Source of the DNA: Candidatus Nanohaloarchaea archaeon | Lineage (GTDB): Archaea > Nanohalarchaeota > Nanosalinia > Nanosalinales > Nanosalinaceae | Assembly (NCBI GenBank): GCA_042218075.1 | Contig: JBDGRK010000039.1 | Coordinates: forward strand, 1-23,844 | Length of the DNA: 23,844 nucleotides | Direction: 5' to 3' | In this document: positions 1 through 7,311 of the stretch, piece by piece | How positions within the stretch are numbered: position 1 is the stretch's first letter | How the letters are laid out: each line of letters starts with the position of its first letter | The notes under the pieces: model-generated | The model's database searches: none | What the model was told of the DNA's origin: nothing | What the model saw: the letters and a program-made list of their open reading frames with translations, nothing else | Program-made: the position numbers and the translations under genes

Positions 1-3
1 CTC

Positions 4-54
4 CATCAGCGGAAAACCTCCGGTTTTCTGATGTCCCGAAAATCTTTGATTTTC
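4..54. repeat. Tandem hairpin (REP-like palindromic element or terminator)
   Basis: CATCA(4-8)/TGATG(29-33) encloses GAAAACC(12-18)/GGTTTTC(22-28). A second hairpin GAAAATC(38-44)/GATTTTC(48-54) follows. It lies just downstream of the RHH gene ending at 63. Confidence 0.6.
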
Positions 55-62
55 ACCTTTTT

Positions 63-260
63 TCACCTGTCCAGGTATCCCAGCTTTTCCAGCTTCTCGT
101 AGATTTCCTTTGCCTGTTCTTCAGTAATCTCTTCATCTTTAGATTCGGAGTCCGCAAGCTCTCTCAGCTTGTCCTGGACGAACCTTGAAAGATTGATATG
201 GTTCTCGTCCACGAACTCCGCCAGATCGTCAGGGAGAGAAATCGTTTTCCTCTGCATCAT
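63..260 (-). CDS. Small RHH/CopG-like protein with acidic linker and C-terminal LxxLGYLD tail
   Basis: N-terminus QRKTISLPDDLAEFVDENHINLSRFVQDKLREL is RHH-like, and the tail is EEQAKEIYEKLEKLGYLDR. Start moved from 281 to ATG 260 (or 257) because a TTTAAA box lies at 281-286. Confidence 0.75.
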   Translation of the reverse strand: MMQRKTISLPDDLAEFVDENHINLSRFVQDKLRELADSESKDEEITEEQAKEIYEKLEKLGYLDR

Positions 261-276
261 GCATAAGTTATGCATG
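258..276. promoter_or_regulatory. Perfect inverted repeat, candidate RHH autoregulatory operator
   Basis: CATGCATAA-G-TTATGCATG lies between the TATA-like box (281-288) and the start codon of the RHH gene. Confidence 0.6.
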
Positions 277-314
277 TTCATTTAAAAATAGAAGGGTGAA
301 AGTGATCCGGTTGA

Positions 315-536
315 TCAGTCAAGGTAGCCCAGGCTCTTCAGCCTCTCCTTTACCTTTTCCTCGTCCTCCTCGCTGAACTCTTCTTCCTCCTGCTCCATCT
401 TCCTCTTCACCTTTTCTGCGACTTGGTCAAGCACATAGTTGATGTACTCATCAGTCGAGTCAAACCCCTTGTCCTCGGCTCTCTTCGCAAGAAGGCCATA
501 AGTTTCCTCCGGGATTTCCACTGTGTTTCCAGTCAT
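315..536 (-). CDS. CopG/RHH-family small protein with C-terminal RLxxLGYLD tail
   Basis: TVEIPEETYGLLAKRAEDKGFDSTDEYINYVL is an RHH pattern, and the tail is EEFSEEDEEKVKERLKSLGYLD. A TTTAAA box lies at 570-575. Confidence 0.85.
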   Translation of the reverse strand: MTGNTVEIPEETYGLLAKRAEDKGFDSTDEYINYVLDQVAEKVKRKMEQEEEEFSEEDEEKVKERLKSLGYLD

Positions 537-580
537 TATTGTACCACAACTTACTATGAGATCACTGGCTTTAAACAGCT

Positions 581-1639
581 TTACACTTCTATATCCTCGA
601 CTTCCTCGGAAGTAGATTCAACCTCCATCTCGAACTCCTGCTTCTCGAACTTCTTGCCGAACAGCCTGAGGATCGCCGGAACAACGTCTTTCTGCTCCTT
701 CAATCCTAGATCAGTGTCCGATCTCCAGATGCCGTTCATCGGGTCGTGATCCATCTCAAGCCCTGGATACTGGTTCGGGTTCAGTGACTCCTCCGCCGGC
801 ATCATCCCGTGATCCGAGACAATCAGGACATGCTCCGGATCGATCTCTTCCACCAGCTCTTCCGTCCTCTCATCAATCCACTCGTAGGCCTCCGCGATCT
901 CATCCCGGTCATCCTCTGGATCTAGAGCGTGGAGCAGGTCGTCGATTATGGGGAATACAGCGAAGATCAGCTCGAAATCCTCCTCATCCGAAAGCTCCTC
1001 GATCATATCAAACGCTTCAGAATTGTACTCGTAGATATTATTCTTGTACTCCTCCAGGTTGGGCTTCGACTCATCCTGCAGCGGAGTCTTGCCGTCAACG
1101 TAATCGTAGCCGTTGTAGCGCCTTCTGTACTCTTCATAGCTTTCAGGATAGGCGGAGGGCATCGCTCCGTCGAGAGGTGCGGGGATCCCGGAAAGCATCA
1201 CGCCGTTATGCTTCCAGGCAGGATACGTGAGCGGCACCTCCATGGTCAGAGTCTTTCCATCGACGTAATCCCAGAGCCGCTTGAACTCGACATCGGTGCT
1301 CCTCGGAGTCCTGTCTTTCAGGTTGAATAGCTTGTTCGGGACATAATAGGCGTAGGTCCTGAGTTTTCCTGCAGGAATACGCTTTGTAATAGCCTTGGTG
1401 AAACCCAGGAACTTCCTCGACTTCACCACATTGTTTATGCTGAGGAAGCCGTGGTCCTCAACTTCCAGTCCGGTTGTGATGGTGGTCCACGCCGTTCCCG
1501 AATCAATCGGGATTCCCCTGTAGACATCTTCAGGCAGAAGTCTGCCTCCATACTCAAGGGAAGAGTAATAATCCGGCTGTATCTCATCAAGGTGCTTTTT
1601 CGAGGCTCCGTCCCAGCCTACCACAAGAACTTTGGTCAT
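581..1639 (-). CDS. AlkP superfamily protein, nucleotide pyrophosphatase/phosphodiesterase (NPP) type
   Basis: Motifs VLVVGWDGA, DSGTAWTTITTG (Ser nucleophile position), DDLLH, VSDHG and MDH. Start placed at MTKVLV (1639), which is preceded by GAGG; the ORF track start is 1660. Confidence 0.85.
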   Translation of the reverse strand: MTKVLVVGWDGASKKHLDEIQPDYYSSLEYGGRLLPEDVYRGIPIDSGTAWTTITTGLEVEDHGFLSINNVVKSRKFLGFTKAITKRIPAGKLRTYAYYVPNKLFNLKDRTPRSTDVEFKRLWDYVDGKTLTMEVPLTYPAWKHNGVMLSGIPAPLDGAMPSAYPESYEEYRRRYNGYDYVDGKTPLQDESKPNLEEYKNNIYEYNSEAFDMIEELSDEEDFELIFAVFPIIDDLLHALDPEDDRDEIAEAYEWIDERTEELVEEIDPEHVLIVSDHGMMPAEESLNPNQYPGLEMDHDPMNGIWRSDTDLGLKEQKDVVPAILRLFGKKFEKQEFEMEVESTSEEVEDIEV

Positions 1640-1710
1640 AATCCTCTGTTTTAAATCCATTTATTTTTATTGTATCCTGTAAACTTTCTCAGATAATTCG
1701 GGCCGATCCC

Positions 1711-1727
1711 AAAAAATTTTAATAAAT
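1711..1727 (+). promoter_or_regulatory. Putative BRE/TATA promoter for the structured RNA
   Basis: AAAAAATTTTAATAAAT lies about 22-30 nt upstream of the stem starting at 1749, and no + strand CDS follows. Confidence 0.45.
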
Positions 1728-1748
1728 CTGGCAGTCTGAATAGGAGGT

Positions 1749-1847
1749 GTGGGAGGTCTCTACGGCCACCCGTGGTAGAACCTCGGGCCAGCCGTTGAGC
1801 TTCACTCCTCAGAATACTGCCGAGGGGTCTCCCACTCTACAATTTTT
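1749..1847 (+). ncRNA. Putative structured non-coding RNA (three-way junction), convergent with the DQSG gene
   Basis: P1 is 1749-1758/1826-1835 (10 bp with two G-U pairs, which favour the + strand). P2 is 1759-1763/1775-1779, P3 is 1781-1786/1820-1825, and an inner hairpin pairs 1796-1799/1808-1811. It is a GC-rich island in an AT-rich spacer and is followed by T5 (1843-1847). Confidence 0.6.
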
Positions 1848-2318
1848 CATAACAGATCAGAGAAATCGCTAAAATCCAGCTTCCAGTCAGGTTCTACTTC
1901 TTTCCTTAAAACCTTCTTTGCCAGAATATCAGGATGGAAATCAGGCTGCCTCGGCTGGATAGTGAATTTTGCTGTATCCGCCTCTGATCCATGGATATCT
2001 CTAATCCAGCAGCAGGTAATATTAACTATATGGGCCATTTTGCCCTCATACTCTTCCTCCATCACCACTTCATAGACTTCCTCAATTGAATCTCTAAGGA
2101 GGTAGAAAAGAGCTGCCGCGTAGAACTTCGAGATGAACTTGCCTTTATCATCGTAGAAAGGCTTTATTCTGCGCCTTACCTCCGAAGTAACTTCGCTTTC
2201 AACCAAAAATTTTGTGGTTAGGAGTTTGACATTCCAGAGGGCAAAAAACTATTGCAGTATCGTTATTTGTTCTATCTATATTACCTGACTGGTCAACTCC
2301 TATCCTCTTGAGATCCAT
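1847..2318 (-). pseudogene. Frameshifted DQSG-motif protein, DUF3800/RNase H-like (about 156 aa if repaired)
   Basis: ATG at 2318 reads MDLKRIGVDQSGNIDRTNNDTAIVF and stops at 2199. The ORF 1847..2206 continues in the +1 frame, which is open from 2248, and contains EEEYEG and HPDILA. The overlap contains A6 (2243-2248) and A5 (2205-2209) runs. A TTTAAA box lies at 2342-2347. Confidence 0.65.
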
Positions 2319-2400
2319 AAAAACTTCAGATAATACAGAAATTTAAAACAATTATCAGACTAAAGTGATAGGCATTCTAAGCCCCATAATAGATATATCC

Positions 2401-3210
2401 CTATATATCCACTCCCTCTATCTCTCCCTCCTCAACTTTTTTCCTCTCACCCTTCTCTATCACCAGCCAGGGCACCTCTACCAGTTCCTTTATGTAGACC
2501 CCTCTGGGGTGCCTCTTCAGGAACTTCTCCCCGAAACAGTCCCCGTGATCCCCAGTGATCACGATCTTCCCCTCCAGCTGCTCGATCAGCTCCTCCACGG
2601 ATTCAAGCGCTCTCTCAAGATTGGCCTTGTAAGCCTCCCACGAGTTTTCCTGGGCGAAGTGCTCATGAGTCTCATCAACATCTCCCTCGAACATGGAGAT
2701 CGAAGGTTCGCCGATAAAGGGGTCGTGGGGCTGCATGTAGTGGATTATCTTCCTCTTGTCCGGGAAGTTTTCCTCTGCCTCTATCGCCTCCTCTGTCACC
2801 GCTTCCGGCTTGGTGATACCCTTCTCCTGGTAGTCATCCTCCATGTAAACAGGAATTACAGAGTGGAAATGCTCGCTGGCCCTGAAATCTTCCCTGTCCG
2901 AGATGTAGGGATTCGCGGTAACATAGACAACATCCCCGTAGTAGTCAGTGAAGTTCTCGTCCCTCCACTCGAAAGTCGCGGAGCCGAGGCTTCTCTTCTT
3001 CTCAAGCTCTCCTTCCAGCCAGTTCACCTCTTCAAAAGCGTCGTATCGGCAAGCGTCAAGCACAATCAGGTAGTCCCAGTCCTCCTCCATCACCCTGACT
3101 CCTCCTTTATTCTTCAGGGAGAAGTAGAATCTGTAGAAATAGGCTATGAAAGGCGTCCATACACCTCTCCTCAAATTTTTGAACACCATATTCCAGTCCT
3201 TGTCCAGCAT
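2401..3210 (-). CDS. Short AlkP superfamily, sulfatase-like protein
   Basis: Motifs WDYLIVLDACRYD, GSATFEW, HYMQPHDPF, ITGDHG and LVEVPW. Confidence 0.85.
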   Translation of the reverse strand: MLDKDWNMVFKNLRRGVWTPFIAYFYRFYFSLKNKGGVRVMEEDWDYLIVLDACRYDAFEEVNWLEGELEKKRSLGSATFEWRDENFTDYYGDVVYVTANPYISDREDFRASEHFHSVIPVYMEDDYQEKGITKPEAVTEEAIEAEENFPDKRKIIHYMQPHDPFIGEPSISMFEGDVDETHEHFAQENSWEAYKANLERALESVEELIEQLEGKIVITGDHGDCFGEKFLKRHPRGVYIKELVEVPWLVIEKGERKKVEEGEIEGVDI

Positions 3211-3255
3211 ATCTTTTGGATGAAACGCGAGAATTGATAAAGCTCGGCAGCCTGG

Positions 3256-3263
3256 TTTTTATA
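3256..3263 (+). promoter_or_regulatory. TATA box of the flippase operon
   Basis: TTTTTATA lies about 24 nt upstream of ATG 3287, consistent with a leaderless archaeal transcript. Confidence 0.55.
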
Positions 3264-3286
3264 GCTCTCGCGTCCTACTCTCGAAT

Positions 3287-4867
3287 ATGGAAAAAGACAG
3301 CGCCCTGAGAACGCTTGTGAAAGGTGCGGGTATAGCTGTAATCGGGATTATGGTGACCAACATCACCGGCTATCTCTACAAGATAGTGATCGGCAGGATG
3401 CTTGGCCCGGAAGGTTATGGGATTATTTCACAGGGCCTGATGATATTCTCCATCACCGCAACTATTGCAATGTTCGGTCTGCCTTCAGGAGTAAAGCGGT
3501 TCGTCAGTAAGTATAAAGCGGAGGAAAAAGAAAAACTTGAGAAAGGGACAGTTAGATCGTCACTGGAAATCGGATTAACCTCCAGTATCGCAGCCGCCAT
3601 AATCCTATTTTTGGGAGCGAAGTGGTTTTCAATACAGTTTTTTGGCGATCCAGATATAGCTATCGTTATCAAAATACTTGCATTTGCAGTGCCGATGCGT
3701 GCTTTGATGTCAGTATCCCTCAGCACTTCAATAGCCTACAAGAAGCTAGAATACAAGATCTACGCCAGGAATATAACCGAGGGAGTAGTGAAGATAGTAT
3801 CGACCCTGGTTCTACTCGCACTTGGATTCGAAATATTCGGTGCCGCACTCGCAGTACTTCTCGGCTGGATTTCAGCTGCATCTTTGGCTTTTTACCTCAT
3901 GCACACCCGTATAAGGCCCTACTTCACTGACGGAAAGCCATTCTCAAGGCCCTACAGGAAGCTTGTAAAGTTTTCAGGCCCACTGATCTTCTCGAACGTC
4001 TTCGGGCAGATTACCTCGTGGGCGGATATCTTCCTCGTCGGGTTCTTCATGTCAAGCGCTTCAGTGGGGATCTACAACTCTGCGCTTCCGACTGCGATGA
4101 TCCTGGGAATGGCCTCAAGCGCTATAACAGCTCTCTCAGTCCCTGTAATGACAGAGATGTACGCGAAGGAGAAACTTGGAGAGCTAGAGAAGGTGTACAA
4201 GACAGGTACCAAGTGGGTGTTCATGCTGGCCTTCCCCGGGGCTCTCCTGATGGCGCTGTTCGCGGACCAGGGTCTCTCCCTGATGTTCGGTAGAGAGTTC
4301 GTGGAGCAGAACGCCGGAATACCCTTCATCCAGATATCCACTGCAGGATTGTCGCTCGCGCTACTGACGCTCGGCTACCTTCTATTCTCGGTCACAAGTC
4401 TCAGCAGGCAGCTTGTACAGGCAACTGGAGACACGCAGTACAACCTCTACATATCCGGGATAGTCGGGGCAGGAAACCTTGGTCTTAACCTGTTGCTGAT
4501 TCCAATGTTCGGGATAGTAGGAGCAGCGCTCGCCACCGCCTCCTCATGGGTGCTCGGGGGCTTCTTCTCTCTCTACTACGTCTACAGGGATCTGAAAATC
4601 CATCCATTCAAGTCAACGTTCCTTCCTGTGGTCGTGGCTTCGATAATCTCCGCTTTCATACCTTATGCAGTCTCGAAGGCACTGTTTGAAACAGTTCCAA
4701 GGTTAATTATATTCCCGGCTTTTCTGGCGTTTGTCGCGCTCTACGTAACACTTTTCCTAGTTCTCGGCGGTCTCGAGAAGGACGACTCGATGATCCTGAA
4801 ATCCATCGAAAATAAATTAGGCGTCGAGGTTCCATACCTCGATAGACTGCTGGAGAGATATTCATGA
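3287..4867 (+). CDS. Oligosaccharide flippase (MOP superfamily, Wzx/AglR-like)
   Basis: 526 aa with many hydrophobic segments. Motifs RMLGPEGYG, ADIFLVGFF...VGIYNSA and LLIPMFGIVGAALAT. Confidence 0.92.
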   Translation: MEKDSALRTLVKGAGIAVIGIMVTNITGYLYKIVIGRMLGPEGYGIISQGLMIFSITATIAMFGLPSGVKRFVSKYKAEEKEKLEKGTVRSSLEIGLTSSIAAAIILFLGAKWFSIQFFGDPDIAIVIKILAFAVPMRALMSVSLSTSIAYKKLEYKIYARNITEGVVKIVSTLVLLALGFEIFGAALAVLLGWISAASLAFYLMHTRIRPYFTDGKPFSRPYRKLVKFSGPLIFSNVFGQITSWADIFLVGFFMSSASVGIYNSALPTAMILGMASSAITALSVPVMTEMYAKEKLGELEKVYKTGTKWVFMLAFPGALLMALFADQGLSLMFGREFVEQNAGIPFIQISTAGLSLALLTLGYLLFSVTSLSRQLVQATGDTQYNLYISGIVGAGNLGLNLLLIPMFGIVGAALATASSWVLGGFFSLYYVYRDLKIHPFKSTFLPVVVASIISAFIPYAVSKALFETVPRLIIFPAFLAFVALYVTLFLVLGGLEKDDSMILKSIENKLGVEVPYLDRLLERYS

Positions 4868-5829
4868 AGAGGAAATTCGAAATCCACGGAACCGGGATCA
4901 AGGTAGAGAGCGGGAAGGAAGAATTCCTGGAATTTCTCTCCGACAGGTTCAGTTACTTCAGAGACTCCGGGGCCGGAGTTGATGTGGAAGTTAATGTTAA
5001 TTTTGGTGAGCCGGGCTGGGATGAGAAAAATTTCTCGAAGTTGGCGAACGGAGTCAAGACGGACGGCAAAGAAATCATGTATCAGGACGGCCCGCTGAAA
5101 CTCCGGGCAGGTATAGACGGAAAAGTTTCCATAGAGGCGTTCTTAGATCCAGAGATGTGGAAACATTACGGCAGGATAGCGAAGAAAGGTTATCAGAGTA
5201 CATGGAACGAGTACTATGAGTACTTTCTAGTGAGAAGAGCTGTACAGCTGCCGATGATGTGGAAGATGCAGAGAGAGGGCTTTTACCCGGTTCACGCCTC
5301 CGCTGTGGAAAAAAAAGGAAAAGCGCAAGTCTTCGCGGGATCAGGAGGAGTAGGCAAGACAACACTCGCGCTCTACCTTGCGGAGAGAGGTTACAAGATG
5401 CTTGGAGACAACTTTGTCTTCCTAAAAGGCGGTAAACTGTATCCCTACCCAGAGATGCTGAGAGTCACTGACTTCACACTGGAAAGAGTCGAGAGCCTGG
5501 AGAAAACAGGGAGAGAAGTCTTCGGGCAGGAGGTGGTCGATGTTGAGGATAACATGATTGGAACGGAGCCCGTTGAACTGGAAAGCATCTTCCTGATGGA
5601 GCTGGGAGATTTCAGGCATCGAGAAGTGGAAAACGGAACTGATCGACTATTGTCACTTGCGGACAGCGTACAGGAGTTCCATACTCACCAATACGCTTCG
5701 CTTTTAAGCTTCATCACTGAGGAGAAGCTGGAGTCGAGGGAGAAAATTTACGAGGAAGCAGTGGAAGGATGCGATATAAGAGAAGTATCATACACCAACT
5801 TTGAAGATGTAAGAGAACTTGTAGATTAA
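4864..5829 (+). CDS. HPr kinase-related P-loop protein
   Basis: VHASAV followed by Walker A GSGGVGKTT and GYKMLGDN matches the HprK C-terminal domain layout. Its start overlaps the flippase stop (ATGA). Confidence 0.75.
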   Translation: MKRKFEIHGTGIKVESGKEEFLEFLSDRFSYFRDSGAGVDVEVNVNFGEPGWDEKNFSKLANGVKTDGKEIMYQDGPLKLRAGIDGKVSIEAFLDPEMWKHYGRIAKKGYQSTWNEYYEYFLVRRAVQLPMMWKMQREGFYPVHASAVEKKGKAQVFAGSGGVGKTTLALYLAERGYKMLGDNFVFLKGGKLYPYPEMLRVTDFTLERVESLEKTGREVFGQEVVDVEDNMIGTEPVELESIFLMELGDFRHREVENGTDRLLSLADSVQEFHTHQYASLLSFITEEKLESREKIYEEAVEGCDIREVSYTNFEDVRELVD

Positions 5830-5839
5830 GAGATCAATT

Positions 5840-5977
5840 TCATTTAAGATATTCTACAACTTTACTGTACTCTCTAATTCTGTCTCTAATCCTCTGCTTT
5901 CTATCCTTCTTTTCTTCAAGTTTATTCTCAAAGTTCCCTTTCATAACCTCTAATTCTATTTTTACTCTGAAAAGCAT
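5840..5977 (-). pseudogene. Possible truncated RelE/ParE-like toxin remnant (45 aa)
   Basis: Manual translation gives MLFRVKIELEVMKGNFENKLEEKKDRKQRIRDRIREYSKVVEYLK. It is basic, AT-rich and directly downstream of the RHH antitoxin-like gene. Confidence 0.3.
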
Positions 5978-6016
5978 TTAGAATCTCTCCAAGTTTTCCA
6001 GAGATCATCGTAAAAT

Positions 6017-6280
6017 TCATCCTCGAAGCTCAGATTCATCCATATCTAACCTCTCCAGCATTTCTTCCCATGGAATCCATTCCGGCTCTCCTTTCTCCTC
6101 CCTTTCTCTAACATTCATAATTCTCTGTATTTCCTCCGGTCTAATAGGAGTTTCTTTACGAAGTTTCTCCCTGATCGACTCGCGGATGAACTCGGATACA
6201 TTCTGGTAGTCGCCTCTCTCCATTCTCTCATCGAGTTCCTCCTTAAGTCCTTCCGGCAGGTTCACAGACTGTACAGGCAT
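6017..6280 (-). CDS. RHH (CopG/ParD-like) antitoxin-type regulator, 87 aa
   Basis: MPVQSVNLPEGLKEELDERMERGDYQNVSEFIRESIREKL is RHH-like, and the acidic tail EWIPWEEMLERL resembles antitoxin tails. Start corrected from 6406 to 6280. Confidence 0.8.
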   Translation of the reverse strand: MPVQSVNLPEGLKEELDERMERGDYQNVSEFIRESIREKLRKETPIRPEEIQRIMNVREREEKGEPEWIPWEEMLERLDMDESELRG

Positions 6281-6292
6281 AGCAAATACACA

Positions 6293-6311
6293 GATATTAA
6301 TCTTTAATATC
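6293..6311. promoter_or_regulatory. Perfect inverted repeat overlapping the RHH gene promoter
   Basis: GATATTAA-TCT-TTAATATC lies 13-31 nt upstream of ATG 6280, in the divergent spacer. Confidence 0.55.
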
Positions 6312-6378
6312 ATTATGGTTTTGATTCCTTCCTGGCAGAGAAACAATAAAGGTAGGGAACGGAAATTTCTACAGAAAG

Positions 6379-7311
6379 ATGAACTATCCTGCTCCATTGG
6401 ATCCAAAAGTCGAGGAAAAACAAGTTAGAACAGATGAATACAGCAGAGCCGGCAACTCCTACTTTTTTACGGAAAGCGGTATGGTGATTCAGAAAGCCGG
6501 AAACCGCTACTTGATCGAGTTCGAATCTCTGGGAGAAGAAACTGTTATAAAGTCCAGTACGGGAAGAAATAGCGATCTTGACCGGTACGTTCTCGACGCG
6601 GAATACTACAGGCTGCTTGAAGAGGGAATATCGCTGAGTCACTTCTCCACCTTTTCAGATGGAGACAAGGCATACGTGCTGACAGGACCCCCTAATACAG
6701 GAAAGACAGGAGTAAACCTCGCGCTGAACCTAAGGGGATACAGATTCATTGCGGATGAAGACGCGCCTGTAAATTCCGATGTTGAAGCACTACCGCTACC
6801 TATGCCCCTTTCAGTTGGAAACAGGAATATGGAGGAATTCCAGGATCTGCTGGATGATCTAGGAGCCGACTACTCCAGTTTCAGGGCTTCAGCCTTCCGG
6901 TCTCTCAGGAAACTTCCCGTACCTCTCGTGGGTAAGGCTCTTGACAGACTGGTGGAGCCGGTGAAGGTAGATCCCCGGGAGCTGAACTTTGAGGAGGATA
7001 AAAGAGAGATCAAAACCGCTTTCTACATACAGCCGGAGAATAGGGAAGACATAGAGATGGAGGAAATGGAGAAGGACGAATTCGTGAGAAAGATGTCGAT
7101 CTGGAACAGTATCCAGAGATCCGGATTCGAGAAGATCTACAGTATCTGGAGGACTGAAAACGATAACTTGAATGAAAATATAGAGGAATCGGAGCAGAAG
7201 GACAGGGAAATCCTCGAAAGCTGCTTTGATGAGGTGGAGGTCAAAAAGCTTAGAGTTCCCCTTGAAAGACAGCCGAGGAAGATCGCAGAGTTCATCGAGG
7301 GAGAGTTATGA
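6379..7311 (+). CDS. Second HPr kinase-related P-loop protein
   Basis: SHFST followed by Walker A GPPNTGKT and GYRFIADE has the same motif spacing as 4864..5829. Confidence 0.7.
   Translation: MNYPAPLDPKVEEKQVRTDEYSRAGNSYFFTESGMVIQKAGNRYLIEFESLGEETVIKSSTGRNSDLDRYVLDAEYYRLLEEGISLSHFSTFSDGDKAYVLTGPPNTGKTGVNLALNLRGYRFIADEDAPVNSDVEALPLPMPLSVGNRNMEEFQDLLDDLGADYSSFRASAFRSLRKLPVPLVGKALDRLVEPVKVDPRELNFEEDKREIKTAFYIQPENREDIEMEEMEKDEFVRKMSIWNSIQRSGFEKIYSIWRTENDNLNENIEESEQKDREILESCFDEVEVKKLRVPLERQPRKIAEFIEGEL

Noticed and set aside
1749-1835. tRNA interpretation of the structured segment
   Set aside because: There is no TTCRA T-loop or canonical D and anticodon arms, and the fold is a three-way junction rather than a cloverleaf.
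2365-3237. 290-aa + strand ORF
   Set aside because: It is an antisense shadow of the sulfatase-like gene 2401..3210, Leu/Pro-rich with no recognisable motifs.
6281-6406. N-terminal extension of the 129-aa ORF 6017..6406
   Set aside because: It overlaps the divergent kinase gene and promoter, and the RHH domain begins at Met 6280.
4864-7311. Lasso peptide/RiPP cluster suggested by the HprK-like kinases and small ORFs
   Set aside because: No asparagine-synthetase-like cyclase, PqqD/RRE or transglutaminase-like peptidase is visible, and the small proteins look like RHH folds.
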